Positions 11,661 to 23,700 of a DNA stretch of 64,000 nt are shown here, in pieces; positions within the stretch are counted from its first letter, which is position 1; the number at the start of each line of letters is the position of its first letter. Source of the DNA: Marsupella aquatica (lineage: Eukaryota > Plantae > Marchantiophyta). The notes beneath the pieces are model-generated. The model was not told the DNA's origin. It did not search any database and saw nothing but the letters and a program-made list of their open reading frames with translations. The stretch covers positions 5,531,303-5,595,302 of the forward strand of contig OZ316896.1 of NCBI GenBank assembly GCA_973895155.1. Direction: 5' to 3'. A program made the translations under genes and the position numbers.

Positions 11661-11758
11661 ACTTCCCCTTTGCTTCTATTTTCTATCAAGCTTCTTCTCT
11701 CATAAATATCTTTTATCTTTGACACTAGCCTCAAGATAATCTAGTATAGTCGCCAATA
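11661..11758 (-). promoter_or_regulatory. Candidate PBS (TGGCGACTATACTAG, ~11741-11755) and PPT (AAAGGGGAAGT, 11661-11671) about 70 bp apart
   Basis: On the minus strand the repeat end CA at 11759 is followed by TAT-TGGCGACT, and a purine tract abuts TGTTCACA at 11660. Confidence 0.5.
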
Positions 11759-11889
11759 TGTTTGGGGGGAAATGTGGTTCTTGAGGAAGCACCGGGCCTA
11801 TGGCTACTAGTGTCAAGAGAGAACTTAAGTTAAGATCATGATTACTATCCTAGACTGGGTAGCAGACACCACAAGGAACAGCTTACAAA

Positions 11890-12170
11890 GAACTTCTTAC
11901 ATGAGTAGATAATGCCTAGAGCTTCTCAATTGATGGGGGAATATTTTTTCTCGGCTGTAAATAGCTGACGGCTAGCAAAATAGATGGGGTGGTTGCAACC
12001 ATCCTCGTCCAGCTGGCTTAGTACGGACCCGATGCAAAACCCCGGAACGTCAATGTACACATGGAATTCCTTATTCCAATCTGGGGTTACCATGATAGGT
12101 GCCGCGATGAGTTGGCGCCAGAGTTCTTCAAAAGCTATACGATCCTGGGGTGTCTCTTCAATCACTGCGT
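11890..12170 (-). pseudogene. Ty3/gypsy RT-RNase H fragment
   Basis: AFEEL..QLIAAPIMVTPDWNKEFHVYID..GFCIGSVLSQ...HPIYFASRQL..AEKKYS..*EALGIIYSCKKF. Confidence 0.9.
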
Positions 12171-12703
12171 CCTTCAAGGGTGGGAGAGAGTGTCTCTCCA
12201 AGGATGGAAGAGGGAGCAAGCAAGCCAAGACGGAGGAAGGGAGGGTGGGAGTTGCAAGGGAGGAGAGCGAGCGAGTTGGGTGGGGGGGAGGGAGGAAGCA
12301 AGTGAGTCAGGACAGCGGGACTCGAGAGGGAGGCAAGGTAGGAGGTGCGGGAGGGTTGTCAACCCTAGGAGGCACTCAGGGCGTTGAGCATGGGACGATT
12401 TGGCATTGTGTGGCGTCAGGTCCTGGGAGGGGGCCGTGGTCCAAGCCAGACATCAGGACCAAGGGGAGGGTGTGCACCTGGACCAAAGGGTTTCAAGCAA
12501 GGATGATGTGGCATCCCAAAAGTGGTTTTTGGCATTGGCGTCAAGGGCGTGATAAGGCCAGTTGTCAAGCAAAGAGGAAGGGCGTCAACGAGGATAGGAT
12601 AGTCCTCTGAAACACTATTTGGAGAGGGCTCATTTTGTCATTGAACGACCCTAGAAAAACATTCCCTAATCCAATGGACACAATTTGCTCCCACCAATTT
12701 CAA

Positions 12704-13147
12704 GAGGTTTTACACAATGCCAGGAAACAGGAAAATTATTTCCTGTTATGAGCAAAACTTTACTGTTACGAGAAAAAATGAAATAACAAAAATATCTCAT
12801 GTTATGAGCAAGACTTTACTGTTACGAGAAAAAATGAAATAACAAAAATATCTCATGTTATGAGCAAAACTTTACTGTTACGAGAAAAAATGAAATAACA
12901 AAAATATCTCATTAAAACTCAAATTTTTCAAAATATTTTTTTAAATGATCATTTTTGGCTAGCGTCAAGCGCTACTATTACTAGCTTTGGGCGCTAGTAA
13001 AAAAATGTTGACAATATCAAAAATAAATAAAATCCAAAAAACAATTTCCAAAAAAAATTCTCAAAAAAATTTCAAAAAATTGTCATCGATTTGTTGTTTA
13101 CTGTTTGTTGTTTCCTTTTTCTTGTTCCCTAGCACGGTGTTATACCC
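12704..13147. mobile_element. Non-autonomous DNA transposon (MITE family M1) with an internal 3x ~57-bp tandem
   Basis: Degenerate TIRs (gaggttttacac / gtgttataccc) and flanks aatttcaa/aatttcag. The core tttttggctagc...gcgctactatta...gcgctag is shared, inverted, with 49758-50102. Confidence 0.65.
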
Positions 13148-13947
13148 AATTTCAGAATTCGTGAGCAGACAAATCTCAAAACAGGCGGGATTGCATATTA
13201 CACTAGGTAGATGAGCTTAATGCATTTATGTTGCACAATAGTGTCAAGCAAAATTTTTATTGAGCCAAAAACATATCAAGCATAATTGTTGATAAACAAA
13301 AGTATTTTTCTACAACAGATTTTTCAAGTTAAGGTAGTCTTGAGCATAACTGATTTGGTACGGAAGTGCTCTTGGACAAAAGTGTTTTAATGCGGTAAGT
13401 CAGCAAGAAAGAAAGAGATGTCGTTTTTGGAAGAGTGTTATCATTTATGAAATGTTGGTAGTAGCAAAGTGGTGTTAGCATTAGGAAAAGAGTGCATGTA
13501 GGATTCATTTATCAATAGAAAATTAAAGCATGAGTTGCAGGGGAGGGAGGCGAGGTAGAAGTTGAATGCAGAAATGAACTAAACGCGGTCCAAAAAGAGC
13601 ATGATAAGAAAACATAAGAGTTGGATTCTCATGCATTGCACCAAGACAAGTGTTATTCAAGAAGAACATGATTTACACTAAAAGTGATAAGCATAAAAAA
13701 GTGCTACCAAACAGACTTTATGTAAGTTGTTGAAGTAAGAAACTGGTGTGAAATGTGAAAAAGTGAGGTTGTGAGTGGGGAGGAGAGGTAAAGGTTGTGA
13801 GGCAATGGAGGTTTCCCCTCTTGTCCCCATCACCCACCCAAAAATAGCTTTCTCTAACACTATACATTGCATAACCTGGAAAACAACATTATAAACATGC
13901 TAAAAGAAAATTATAACCTTGTCCCAACACAATGAAATGAAAAACCA

Positions 13948-14205
13948 ATTGGCTTAGATCAATTGGCTAGGGGATTTGCCTGGAACTGAGAGGCCCAGGT
14001 TCAATCCCCCCTCCACACACTTGGGTGTGGAGGGTATATGTGTGTGGGTGGGATGGGTTTTGTGGGTAGTGGATTGGAGTTCTGATTATCTGCTCGTCCC
14101 CTGGTCGTCCACTTTGTGGCCCTGATTTAATCCTCTCTCCTTCCTGGTGCGGGTCCCTGTCAAATCCATTGGGGCTCACCCTGGTCTGGGTTCCCTACAG
14201 AAAAA
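13948..14205 (+). mobile_element. tRNA-derived SINE
   Basis: A-box-like TAGATCAATTGG at 13955-13966, B-box GGTTCAATCC at 13998-14007, GC-rich body and short A tail. No clear TSD; does not fold as a full tRNA. Confidence 0.6.
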
Positions 14206-14854
14206 CTGTCACATTGGGATGGGGGGAGTCTAATTGTATTTCCTCCCCATTTCAGTTCAAGACCAAAAAGAAATGAAGAGGAAAAAACTCCATTTTTTTA
14301 GAACTTGCCAAACCATTCTTAATGAGAACACCCAATTTCTCATTTCTTCTAATTAAAAAATAGAAATAAAAACACATGGGATCATTCCTGTATGTTCCCC
14401 ACCCATTCTCAAAATGCACATAACTATTAAAAATTACACACAGTCAAGATATAACCTCCAAAGTTCTGCTTAGATAATATGTTATTAAAACTTAATTGAA
14501 AAAATAATCACCTGGGAAGGAATTCATCCCACTTTGTTAAACATGTGGACAAATTTACTGGCCATCCCTCTTAAAGCTACCATACATGCACTCCTCCCTC
14601 TCGTGTGAGTTTCGAGATCTAATATGGTCCTCGAAAAATGATATTTCAATGAGATGTATTTTTCACTAAAGATTGGAGATGAGACACACTTCCAATGTGA
14701 CTCTTTCCCATGTGCCTTTCTATGCAACTTACATAATGTACGTATGATGATTATCTTACACTGCCATGTGCACAAGTCTCACATTGTTGTCTAGGGTACC
14801 TTTATCTTTCTTTTATAAATCCAACCATCCTAGTTATACATATTATATATCTAA

Positions 14855-15180
14855 TGGATACAAATCACTCCCGTCTTTTTCATGGTTTGTAAGCAGAGGG
14901 AAGTTGAGATTTGGTGGGCTAGCATATTATAGAGTGTAGATGGATACAAATGGTTTGTAAGCAAAGGGAAGTTGAGATTTGGCGGGCTAGCATATTATAG
15001 AGTGTAGATGGATACAAATCACTCCAGCCTTTTTCATGGTTTGTAAGCAGACAAAAGTTGAGATTTGGCAGGCTAGCATATTATAGAGTGTAGATGGATA
15101 CAAATCACTCCCGCCTTTTTCATGGTTTGTAAGCAAATTAAAGTTGAGATTTGGCGGGCTAGCATATTATAAAGTGTAGG
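14855..15180. repeat. Tandem repeat, 4 copies of a ~70-87 bp unit
   Basis: atggatacaaatcactccc...catggtttgtaagca...aagttgagatttgg.gggctagcatattatagagtgtag. Confidence 0.9.
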
Positions 15181-15900
15181 TATCCATATTAACATTGAGG
15201 TATGACACTCAAAAGAATAATTGCCTTGTCACACCATTCTAGGTAGTGTTAGAGTGTATCGTACTATCTAGATCTGTATGTTTGGTATGTGTGCTATATG
15301 AGCCAATAAGGTTCCATTAGGTTTGTGTGAGAGGGTACTTCTCTCTTGTGAGGCATTGAAAGGTCATCTTTCTATGTTGAGCCTTGGAGAGAGAGGAGCT
15401 TGAGTGTGGCTATGGTGGCTGTGAGCTCCGCTTGTGTAACGTGGATTCCTTGAGTAGTGCAAGGTGCGTTGGCTTGACATGCGTGTGTGATCGGATCGGT
15501 GCGAGATTGATGGGGTATTGTTGACCGGGATCGTTGTGCTGATTGTATTGAGATTACATTGAAAGTACACATTCAAAATCTGTTGTACGGACTGTGTGGA
15601 CAGAAGTTTGATTGATTGAGTTGTCGACGGTTCATGGTAGCTCGGATCGTGTGTTGTTATCGAACAGATCGTTGGTATCTCGACCTGTAGCGATGTTGAG
15701 TTGCTGTCCGATCGGCCTGTTTCCCGATCGATGTACAGATCTATGATTGGTGACAGGTTTTGAGTTGGAGGTCGATTAATGTGCTGCGAAGTTGTTGCTG
15801 TTGAATGAGTAGGCGACTTTGAATGGTGGTTTCCTGGAGGAAAGCACTCCGCGAATGTTTAGGAGATGTCGGACAGTGGAAGTCGATCCGTGAGGCTTCA

Positions 15901-18900
15901 TGTGGTGCGTCCCATGGCTCCCTAAACCCAAGAAACCCCCCAGCTCAAGCCGATTCCCGCAGGTTTCGTGCTTGGCGAGGCCGTTTCCGCGGCTTAGCGG
16001 CATGGGACGCTGCTAACCTTCTACTACTACTATTAACATTTTACACACATATACTGGACAGATCCTTCATCGGGTCATGAGATACGTAGCCGGCCTAATA
16101 TAGGCCTTCCCCTGTCTTCCCCTGTCTTCCCCTCCGTCTTGTTAGGTATGTTTGGATTCCGCCGCCGGAATGATCCCCAATAGGCTTGGTTAAGCCGCTA
16201 AGACCTCTCTCAGCTCGACACATCCAACTCTCACTCCCCTGCTTACTTTCCTTCCTTCTGTTGATGTGGGCACTCTTCACACAAGTTAATGCGACACACA
16301 AATAGCAAAATGACTCATTCTGACTGAGTCATACCATGCACTTGCCATACAAACAGTACATCTCATACACAAGTTCTGCGAACTAAGCCGTGAGGCCAAC
16401 TCTATTCAGCTCTTAGGCATGAGGAAACATGAATATACACAAGGGTCACTGTATGACTAACCGAGAGCTTCTCGTACTACTTGATCCCAGCCCGGCTGGT
16501 GCAAACTAAAAACTTGCTAAAGAAGAGGCCCTGAGCTCCCCGCTGCCCAGGTACTTATCCTGGTAGTGGATCCGCCATTCTTTGCATCGTAAGCCTAATC
16601 TACTTAACAGTAATCTACTTGCCCGAATCTACCTATGTACAGCAAGGCAGGAGCACAAGTGTTGCTCCTACCAGTGGGACCGCAATCCCACTAAGCTAAG
16701 TGTCAGGGCCGCTCCTGGTTCTGATCCTAATCCTAAACGTGGAGATCCGCGCCCGCCCTGCCCACTCACGCCTCCTCCCTCCACGTCCGCCCTCCCTAAA
16801 AGGAACGGCGCCCTTGCACCGTCACGACACCGGTGGTGGATCCTTAATGGACGTCCCCAACGCTTCCTCCTCAGCCACTGCCGTAGGCTCATTCCCTGAC
16901 AGATTACCTGCCCTTGACTGAGTCAACTCTCCATCGGCCTGACTGGGTCCACCATCGGCGTCGGCATCGGCTCGAGAATTGGTTACGGCCTCAGCCTCGG
17001 CTACGGTCTCCCCGGCCTGCTCAAGAGGCGGATCTGGAATACTGGCCTCCTTACTGAGTAGTTCGGCTTGGGCCGCACCATCCCTACCTGTGATCATAGC
17101 GGGATCTATTGCCGTATTCATGTCGGAGGATGGTGCTGGTTCTACCTTTTTGGTCACCACGGCTTGTGGAGTCGGATTACTCCTTGACCCTGAAGGTTTC
17201 CGCTTTTTCTTCTTTTCTGGTTCGGCAGCTGGTCCCTTCCCCTTCCCACTTACCTCTGGCACTGGTGCAGTTGGCGCGGTTTTTTCTTCGGCCAGTACCA
17301 CTCCTGGTAACTTGGTTGCCCCAATTGGAGTTGGGCCTGATGAAGACAAGCACCTAAATACTGCGGCTTGTTTCTTCAGCCGCTCCGTTTGGTTGTCGGC
17401 CCGCCGCTGGAGGTTCTCCATCTTCCTCGTGATTTCCTCCAACTCCTCCTGGGTCTCATCCAGGTCCTTGCGTGCCTCCTCTAGTTCCTTCTGGGCTTCC
17501 TCCCGTTCTTGTTTCAAGGTAGTCCTCTCCTCCTGGGTTGCTTTTAGCTCCTTGTCGAGGTCTGCAATGATGACAGACTCCATCTGGTTCATCTTGGCGT
17601 AAGTCTGTTCGAGCATCTCGTCCTTCTCCCTTAGGTCGGCCTTGAAGCTGGCCGTCAGGGACGCAAGCTCCTGCTGCAGCGCCATAATCCCTTGATAGGA
17701 TTTCCCTAACTCGGCCTCCTTCTGCTCAAGGGCTCCGCGGATTTTCTCGAGCTCCCCTTTCAACGCCCATTCCTTTCTTTGGGTCTCCGCCATGGCCCGG
17801 CTGTTGGCTGTTATGTGGGCCTCCTCTGTATTCTTCAGCTCTTGCTTCCACTTCTCCCTCTCTTTGATCGTGTCGGCCAACTCTTCCTGCGTCTGAGTTA
17901 GTTTATCCTTGATATTCTGATTATCAGCCTGCGCGGTGTCCAACTGCCCCTGCATGATGTTCAGCTCATGTTGTTTAATCCGCAGTTCATCTTGGGCTTT
18001 CTTGGCCGCCCTTAGATCTTCAATCTCGGCTTCCATCCTCCTAAGCCGCGCGAATGACCTCGTCCTTCTTGCTTCTCTCTAAAGCCACCGCTTCTTCTAA
18101 TTGGTGCTTCTCCAACTGCTCCCTATGGAAAAAGGGTCCTTTCTGCAACTCCTCTCCAAAGATGCCGAGCGCAAGTTCCCCACACATCTCACCATACTCC
18201 ATGGCTCTATTCTTAGCGTAGGTGGAGTAAGTAGAAGTGATCGGCATCGCCCATCGCGGCCTCTGCTCCCAAGCCGTCCTACGGATCTCTTCAATCGTGG
18301 CTAGAGGTTTGCTTCCTTTTTTGGCTAGCCGCCTGATGTCCTCCGGCCAATCTCCTCCTGGTAAATCCTTTTCCTTAGCCAGGGCGGCCTCCTCCTCCTG
18401 CTTGATTCGCTCCTGAAATTCCTGCACCGTCTGTTTTATGCCGTCGAAGCTCGGGGGAGCAACATCTGGTGGGGGAGACTCAGGGCTACTCTGCTGGTTG
18501 GGGTCCCCTCGCACTACCCTTGGAAGTGTGGGGACAAACCGGCCATAGGTCCTTACTCCTGGAACGTGATGGTCCGACCCATAGCCGGAATTATCATGGC
18601 TGCAGTCCTCCACTGCCTCCTCTACCTCTTGGACGTCCGGCTTCTCCCTCTCCTCTTTGTCGGTAGGAGCTTCAGGCAATTCTGCCTCAGATTCGGAGCT
18701 TGAGGTTCCCACGTACATTCAAACACCTGGCTTGGATTCCGGCCTGATTCTCTCCTTGTCTCCAGCAAAGGGGTTTTCTCTTGTGAGCCGGTGTAGGCCT
18801 ACCTCTGTAGTAGTGTCCTGCATTGTTGCCGTTGCCGTTGTTGTTGCCGATGCAGATTTCTTTTCTTTCTCCAGTAGTTTCAGCAGACTCTGCATGCCTG

Positions 18901-20570
18901 GTTGCTGCATCGGCAAGTCTTCCTTCCTGGGCCTAAACACCTGCTCGATCGTAGGACTAACAGGTGGTTGAGGCTTCTCAGCCAACGGCCTCGGCGTTGG
19001 AGCTTCCTCGGGTGCCCTTACCTGCAGGGGAAGTACCGGGGCAAAAGTCTGACCTCTGGCATACCGGCACAACAGCGGCATGTGATAGCCCAGCCGCGAC
19101 ACGCTCCCCATGCCGATTACCTGCTGCTCCTCCTTTAAGATCTTCTTCAATTGGTTGAGGAGGTACCCGTTGTAGTCCCGGCTTGGGTCTGGCCTTTCTG
19201 CCAGATAGACCTGTGCCTTGCCGATCTCTGCCCTCGGCAAGTTACAATGCATGGTCACCCGCAAGAAGTCGATCATCTCTCCTATGTGCGGGTTGGTGCA
19301 GGTGTTCCGGAAGAAGCCATTCTTCGTTGATGGCCCGGGGAACGACCGGAACTCCTTGTCAGGCAAGGTCTTCCTGGTATCAACTTTGGTCTTATTGCCT
19401 ATCGGCAGGCCAAACACTTCGGCAATTACCTTGGGAGTAAGATAGAAATCCTTCCCATATATCCTCGTGCAATTGGTCTCGGGTTCCCATGACCCCACGA
19501 ATTCTAATAGGTCTGACTCCGGTACCTCCGGCTTCAGCCATGGTAATCTTACAAAGGCCTCTAAGCCGGATCCGGCCATGAAGCCTTGGTACTTCTTGGT
19601 CTGCATGGCCGTAAAGCATGCATCCTCCTCCCGTGCAAAATGTAGTTGCACCTCCACCGGTAGGGTTGCCGCCCAGCCCTTCCAGGTGTCATCCCTGGTT
19701 GGAATGGCCTTGATGGGATCGACCTCCTCCTCTTCGGCTTCTCCCTGCCTCCTGCTCTGCTGCTCGGCTGGCTTCTTTGGTGCCGCCGACCTCGTTCTTT
19801 TTGCCGGGGTGGCTTCATCATTGACGGCTCCCTTCCTCTTCATCTCTGCTGCCGTGGAGGTTTCTCCTAGCACCGTTGCCTGGGTCCACCTTTCCGTGCT
19901 ACCCTTTAATTCCCAGTGTATGTCGTTGCAGTTCTTGATGGCCTCTCGGATGCCGACGACGCTGTCTTTGCAAAACAGAAGATCGTCGAGTTGATTGGAA
20001 GTAGGCGTCCACAGGAACTCGTCCTTGATGAGTTCGCCTCCTAAGAAAGCCGTCTTCTGCAGCTCCCACAATCGAGCGAGCTCCTGCCATTCTCGAGCTG
20101 CCCTTTCTGACTCCTCGTCCTCGTAAGTCTTGATGTACTCAGTTGCCCGTTCGAACAGGCATCCCCAGAAATGTGCCGCTTGATTGACGTTGCTCATACC
20201 CTCCTTAGGTCGATCGTCGGTATCTACTCTCTCCCTGAGTGCTTGCCTAAGTAGCTGACAGTAGTTGGCCTCCCGTAGTCGTCTGCCTAGTTCGTGCTCG
20301 CAAATGAGCCACCATCTCCTGCAAGCGCTCCTTACCCCTCTCCTCCGCCGGTCCTTCTTCCCGTTGATCCTTCCTAGCCGCCGACGCTTAACGCGCCCTA
20401 ACCCTAATCGGGTTTTCACCCTCAGCCTTACCTCCGGCCTCGGCCCGGGTTCCATGGTTGCCCCTAATTGTTTATATTTTCCTTGTTTTGTCCCTATACT
20501 AAGGTGTTCCTAGGGTGTCTTCCTGTTTTACCCACTTAACCGGCCGAGTGATTCCTGTCTAGGCATCACA
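15901..20570 (-). mobile_element. Family C ORF-bearing solo-LTR-like unit C1 (4670 bp)
   Basis: TGTGGTGC...GCATCACA (7/8 inverted repeat). Perfect TSD CTTCA at 15896-15900 and 20571-20575. Confidence 0.95.
16822..20455 (-). pseudogene. Family C LTR-encoded protein, ~1210 codons, with one nonsense change and one +1 frameshift
   Basis: ORFs 18719-20455, 18041-18718 and 16822-18036 join up. The TGA at 18719 is CGA in C2 (PGVRMYVG), and EVIRAA* reads EVIRRLRE in C2. Basic N-terminus, shared core (LTPKVIAEVFGLPIG...NGF...C...MH...PRAEI...LGYH), long coiled coil. Confidence 0.88.
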
Positions 20571-20745
20571 CTTCAGATCTGATTACCGGCTACTATGGGG
20601 TTTCAGATCTGATTGTCGGCTACTATGGGGCGATGCTGGCAAGGTGCAGGTGAAGTGATGGCTCTTTTCCTAAAGGAACGGATCTGCCAATGCTCTGTGC
20701 GGTGGTATTGTTGAAATTCTGAAGTCGATCCGCATTGTGGGTTTT

Positions 20746-23700
20746 TGTGGTGCGTCCCTTGGCTCCCCAAACCCAAGAAACCCCCCCGCACAAGCCGATT
20801 CCCGCAGGTTTCGTGCTCGGAGAGGCTGTTTCCGCGGCTTAGCGGTATGGGACGCTGCTAACCTCCTTCTACTACTATTATTAACATTTTACACACATAT
20901 ACTGGACAGATCCTTCATCGGGTCATGAGATACGTAGTCGGCCTAATCTAGGCCTTCTCTTGTCTTTCCCTCCTGTTGGTTAGGTATATTTGGATTCCGC
21001 CGCCGGAATGATCCCCAATTGGCTTGGTTAAGCCGCTAAGACCTCTCTCAGCTCGACACATCCAACTCTCACTCCCTTGCTTACTTCCCTTTTTCTACTT
21101 GTTGATATGGGCACTCTTCACACAAGTTAATGCGACACACAAATAGCAAAATGACTCCTTCTGACTGAGTTATACCATGCACTTGTAATACAAACAGTAC
21201 GTCTCATACACAAGCTCTGTGAACTAAGCTGTGAGGCCAACTCTATTCAGTTTTTAGGTATGAGGAAACATGAATATACACAAGGGTCACTGTATAACTA
21301 ACCGAGAGCTTCTCTTACTACTTGATCCCAGCCCTGCTGGTGCAACTAAAAACTTGCTAAAGAAGAGGCCTTGAACTCCCCGCAGCCCAGGTACTTATCC
21401 TGGTTGTGGATCCGCCTGATTCCTTGCAGCGTAAGCCTAATCTACCTACTGTAATCTACCTAACTGTAATCTACCTATGTACAGCGAGGCAGGAGCACAA
21501 GTGTCGCCCTCACCCGTGGATCCAAAATCCCACTAATCTAAGTGTCAGGGCCGTCTCCTGGTCCTGATCCTAAGTCTAAACTTGGAGATCAGCGCCCGCC
21601 CTGCCCACTCACGCCTCCTACCTCCACGTCCGCCCTCCCTAAAAGGGACGGTGCCCTTACACCATCACGACACCGGTGGCTGGTCCTCAATGGACGCCCC
21701 CAACGCTTCCTCCGCAGCCGCTGCCGTTGGTCCGTCCTCTGACAGATTACCTGCCCCTGACCGAGTCAACTCTTCATCGGCCTGACTGGGTCCACCCTCG
21801 GCTTCGGCCTCAGCATCGGTCACGACCTCCGATACGGCTATGGCCTCTGATATGGCCACGGCCTCCCTGACATGTTCTAGTGGAGGATCCGGTACCTCGG
21901 CAGCATTACTGGTTCTCCCGGCCTCGGCCTTGCCATCTCCACTTCCTAGGACAGGTGGATCCACCGCCGTGCCGATGCCGGAGGTTGGTGCCGGGTTTAT
22001 CTTCTCGGTCACAACGGCTTGAGAAGCCGTATAACTCCCAGACCTAGAGGGTTTCCGCTTCTTCTTCTTCCCTATTTCGACAACCGATTCCTTCCCCTTG
22101 CCACTTACCTCCGGCACCGGGGTGAGTGTCTCGGCTTGTCCTTCGGCCAATACTACCCCTGGTAACTGGGTTCCCCCAATTGGAGTTGGACCTGATGAAG
22201 CCAAGCATTTAAATACTGTGGCTTGTTTCTTCAGCCGCTCCGTTTGGTTGTCGGCCCGCCGCTGTAGGTTCTCCATCTTCCTCGTGATTTCCTCCAACTC
22301 CTCCTGGGTCTCGTTCAGGTCCTTGTGCGCCTCCTCCAGCTCCTTATTGGCTTCCTCCAATTCTTTCTTTAAGGTGGCTCTCCTCCTGGGTTGCTCTTAG
22401 CTCCTTGTCGAGCTCTGCTACGACCACAGACTCCATCTTATTCATCTTGGCATAAGTCTGGTCGAGCTGGTCGTCCTTTTCACGCAGGTTGGCCTTGAAG
22501 CTGGCCGTCAGGGACGCAAGCTCCTGCTGCAGCGCAATAATCCCTTGATAGGATTTCCCTAACTCTGCTTCCTTCTGCTCAAGGGCTCCGCGGATATCTT
22601 TGAGCTCTCCTTTCAACGCCCTCTCCCTTCTCTGGTTCTCTGCCATGGCCCGACTGTTGGTTGCTAAGTGGGCCTCCTCTGCATCCCTTAGCTCCCACTT
22701 CCATTTCTCTCTTTCCTTGATTGCGCTAGCCAACTCTCCTTGGGTCCGAGTCAGTTTATCTTTGATAATCTGATTGTCAAACTGAGCGGTATCCAACTGC
22801 CCCTGCATGATGTTTAGCTCATGCCGCTTAATCCGCAGCTCATCTTGGGCTTTCTTGGCCACCTGCAGGACTTCCACCTCGGCTTCCTTCTCCCTAAGCC
22901 GCCGGATGACCTCGTCCTTCTTGCTTCTCTCCAAAGCCATCGCTTCTTCTAATCGGTGCTTTTCCAACATCTCCCTCTGAAAAAAGGGTCCCTGCTCCAA
23001 CTCCTCCCCAAAGATGCTAAGCGCCAGGTCCCCACACATCTCCCCGTACTCCATGGCTCTATCCTTAGCATAGGTGGAGTAACTAGAAGTCATCGGCATC
23101 AACCACCGCGGCCTCTGCTCCCAAGCTGCCTTGCGGATTTCTTCTACGGTGGCAAGAGGGTTGCTTCTTTTTTCGGCAAGCCGCCTGATGTCCTTCGGCC
23201 AATCTCCTCCTGGTAAATCTTTCTCCCTAGCCAGGGCTGCTTTCTTTTCCTCCCTAAGTCGCTCCTGAAATTCTTGTGCCGTCTGCTTTATGCCGTCAAA
23301 GCTCGGGGGAGCAACCTCTGGTGGGGGAGACTCGGGGCTACTCTGCTGGGTGGGGTCCCCTCGAACTACTCTTGGAAGCGTGGGGATAAATCGGCCACAG
23401 GTCCTTACTCCTGGAACATGATGATCCGACCCATAGCCGGAGTTATCATTGCTGTAGTCCTCCACTGCCTCCTCCACTACTTGGACTCCCGGCTTCTCCC
23501 TTTGTTCCCCTAGTCCTATCGTGAAAACGGCCTTACAGGTCACGGGCTCTGGTTCCTCTGGTTTCTAGGCTGTCATCTCCCTCTGCTCTCCGCAGGAAGG
23601 AGCCTTAGGCTGCTCTGCCTCTGATTCGGGGCTTGAGGCTCCCACGTACATTCGCACTCCCGGCTTGTGTTCCGGCCTAAATCTCTCCTTGGTTCCGGTA

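Noticed and set aside
13948-14020. tRNA gene
   Set aside because: A and B boxes are present but the acceptor and anticodon stems do not pair; treated as a SINE head.
16979-19994. Long antisense ORFs (e.g. 16979-17602, 19467-19994; also 48234-49097)
   Set aside because: Shadow frames of GC-rich coding sequence, with Ser/Phe-biased translations and no independent motifs.
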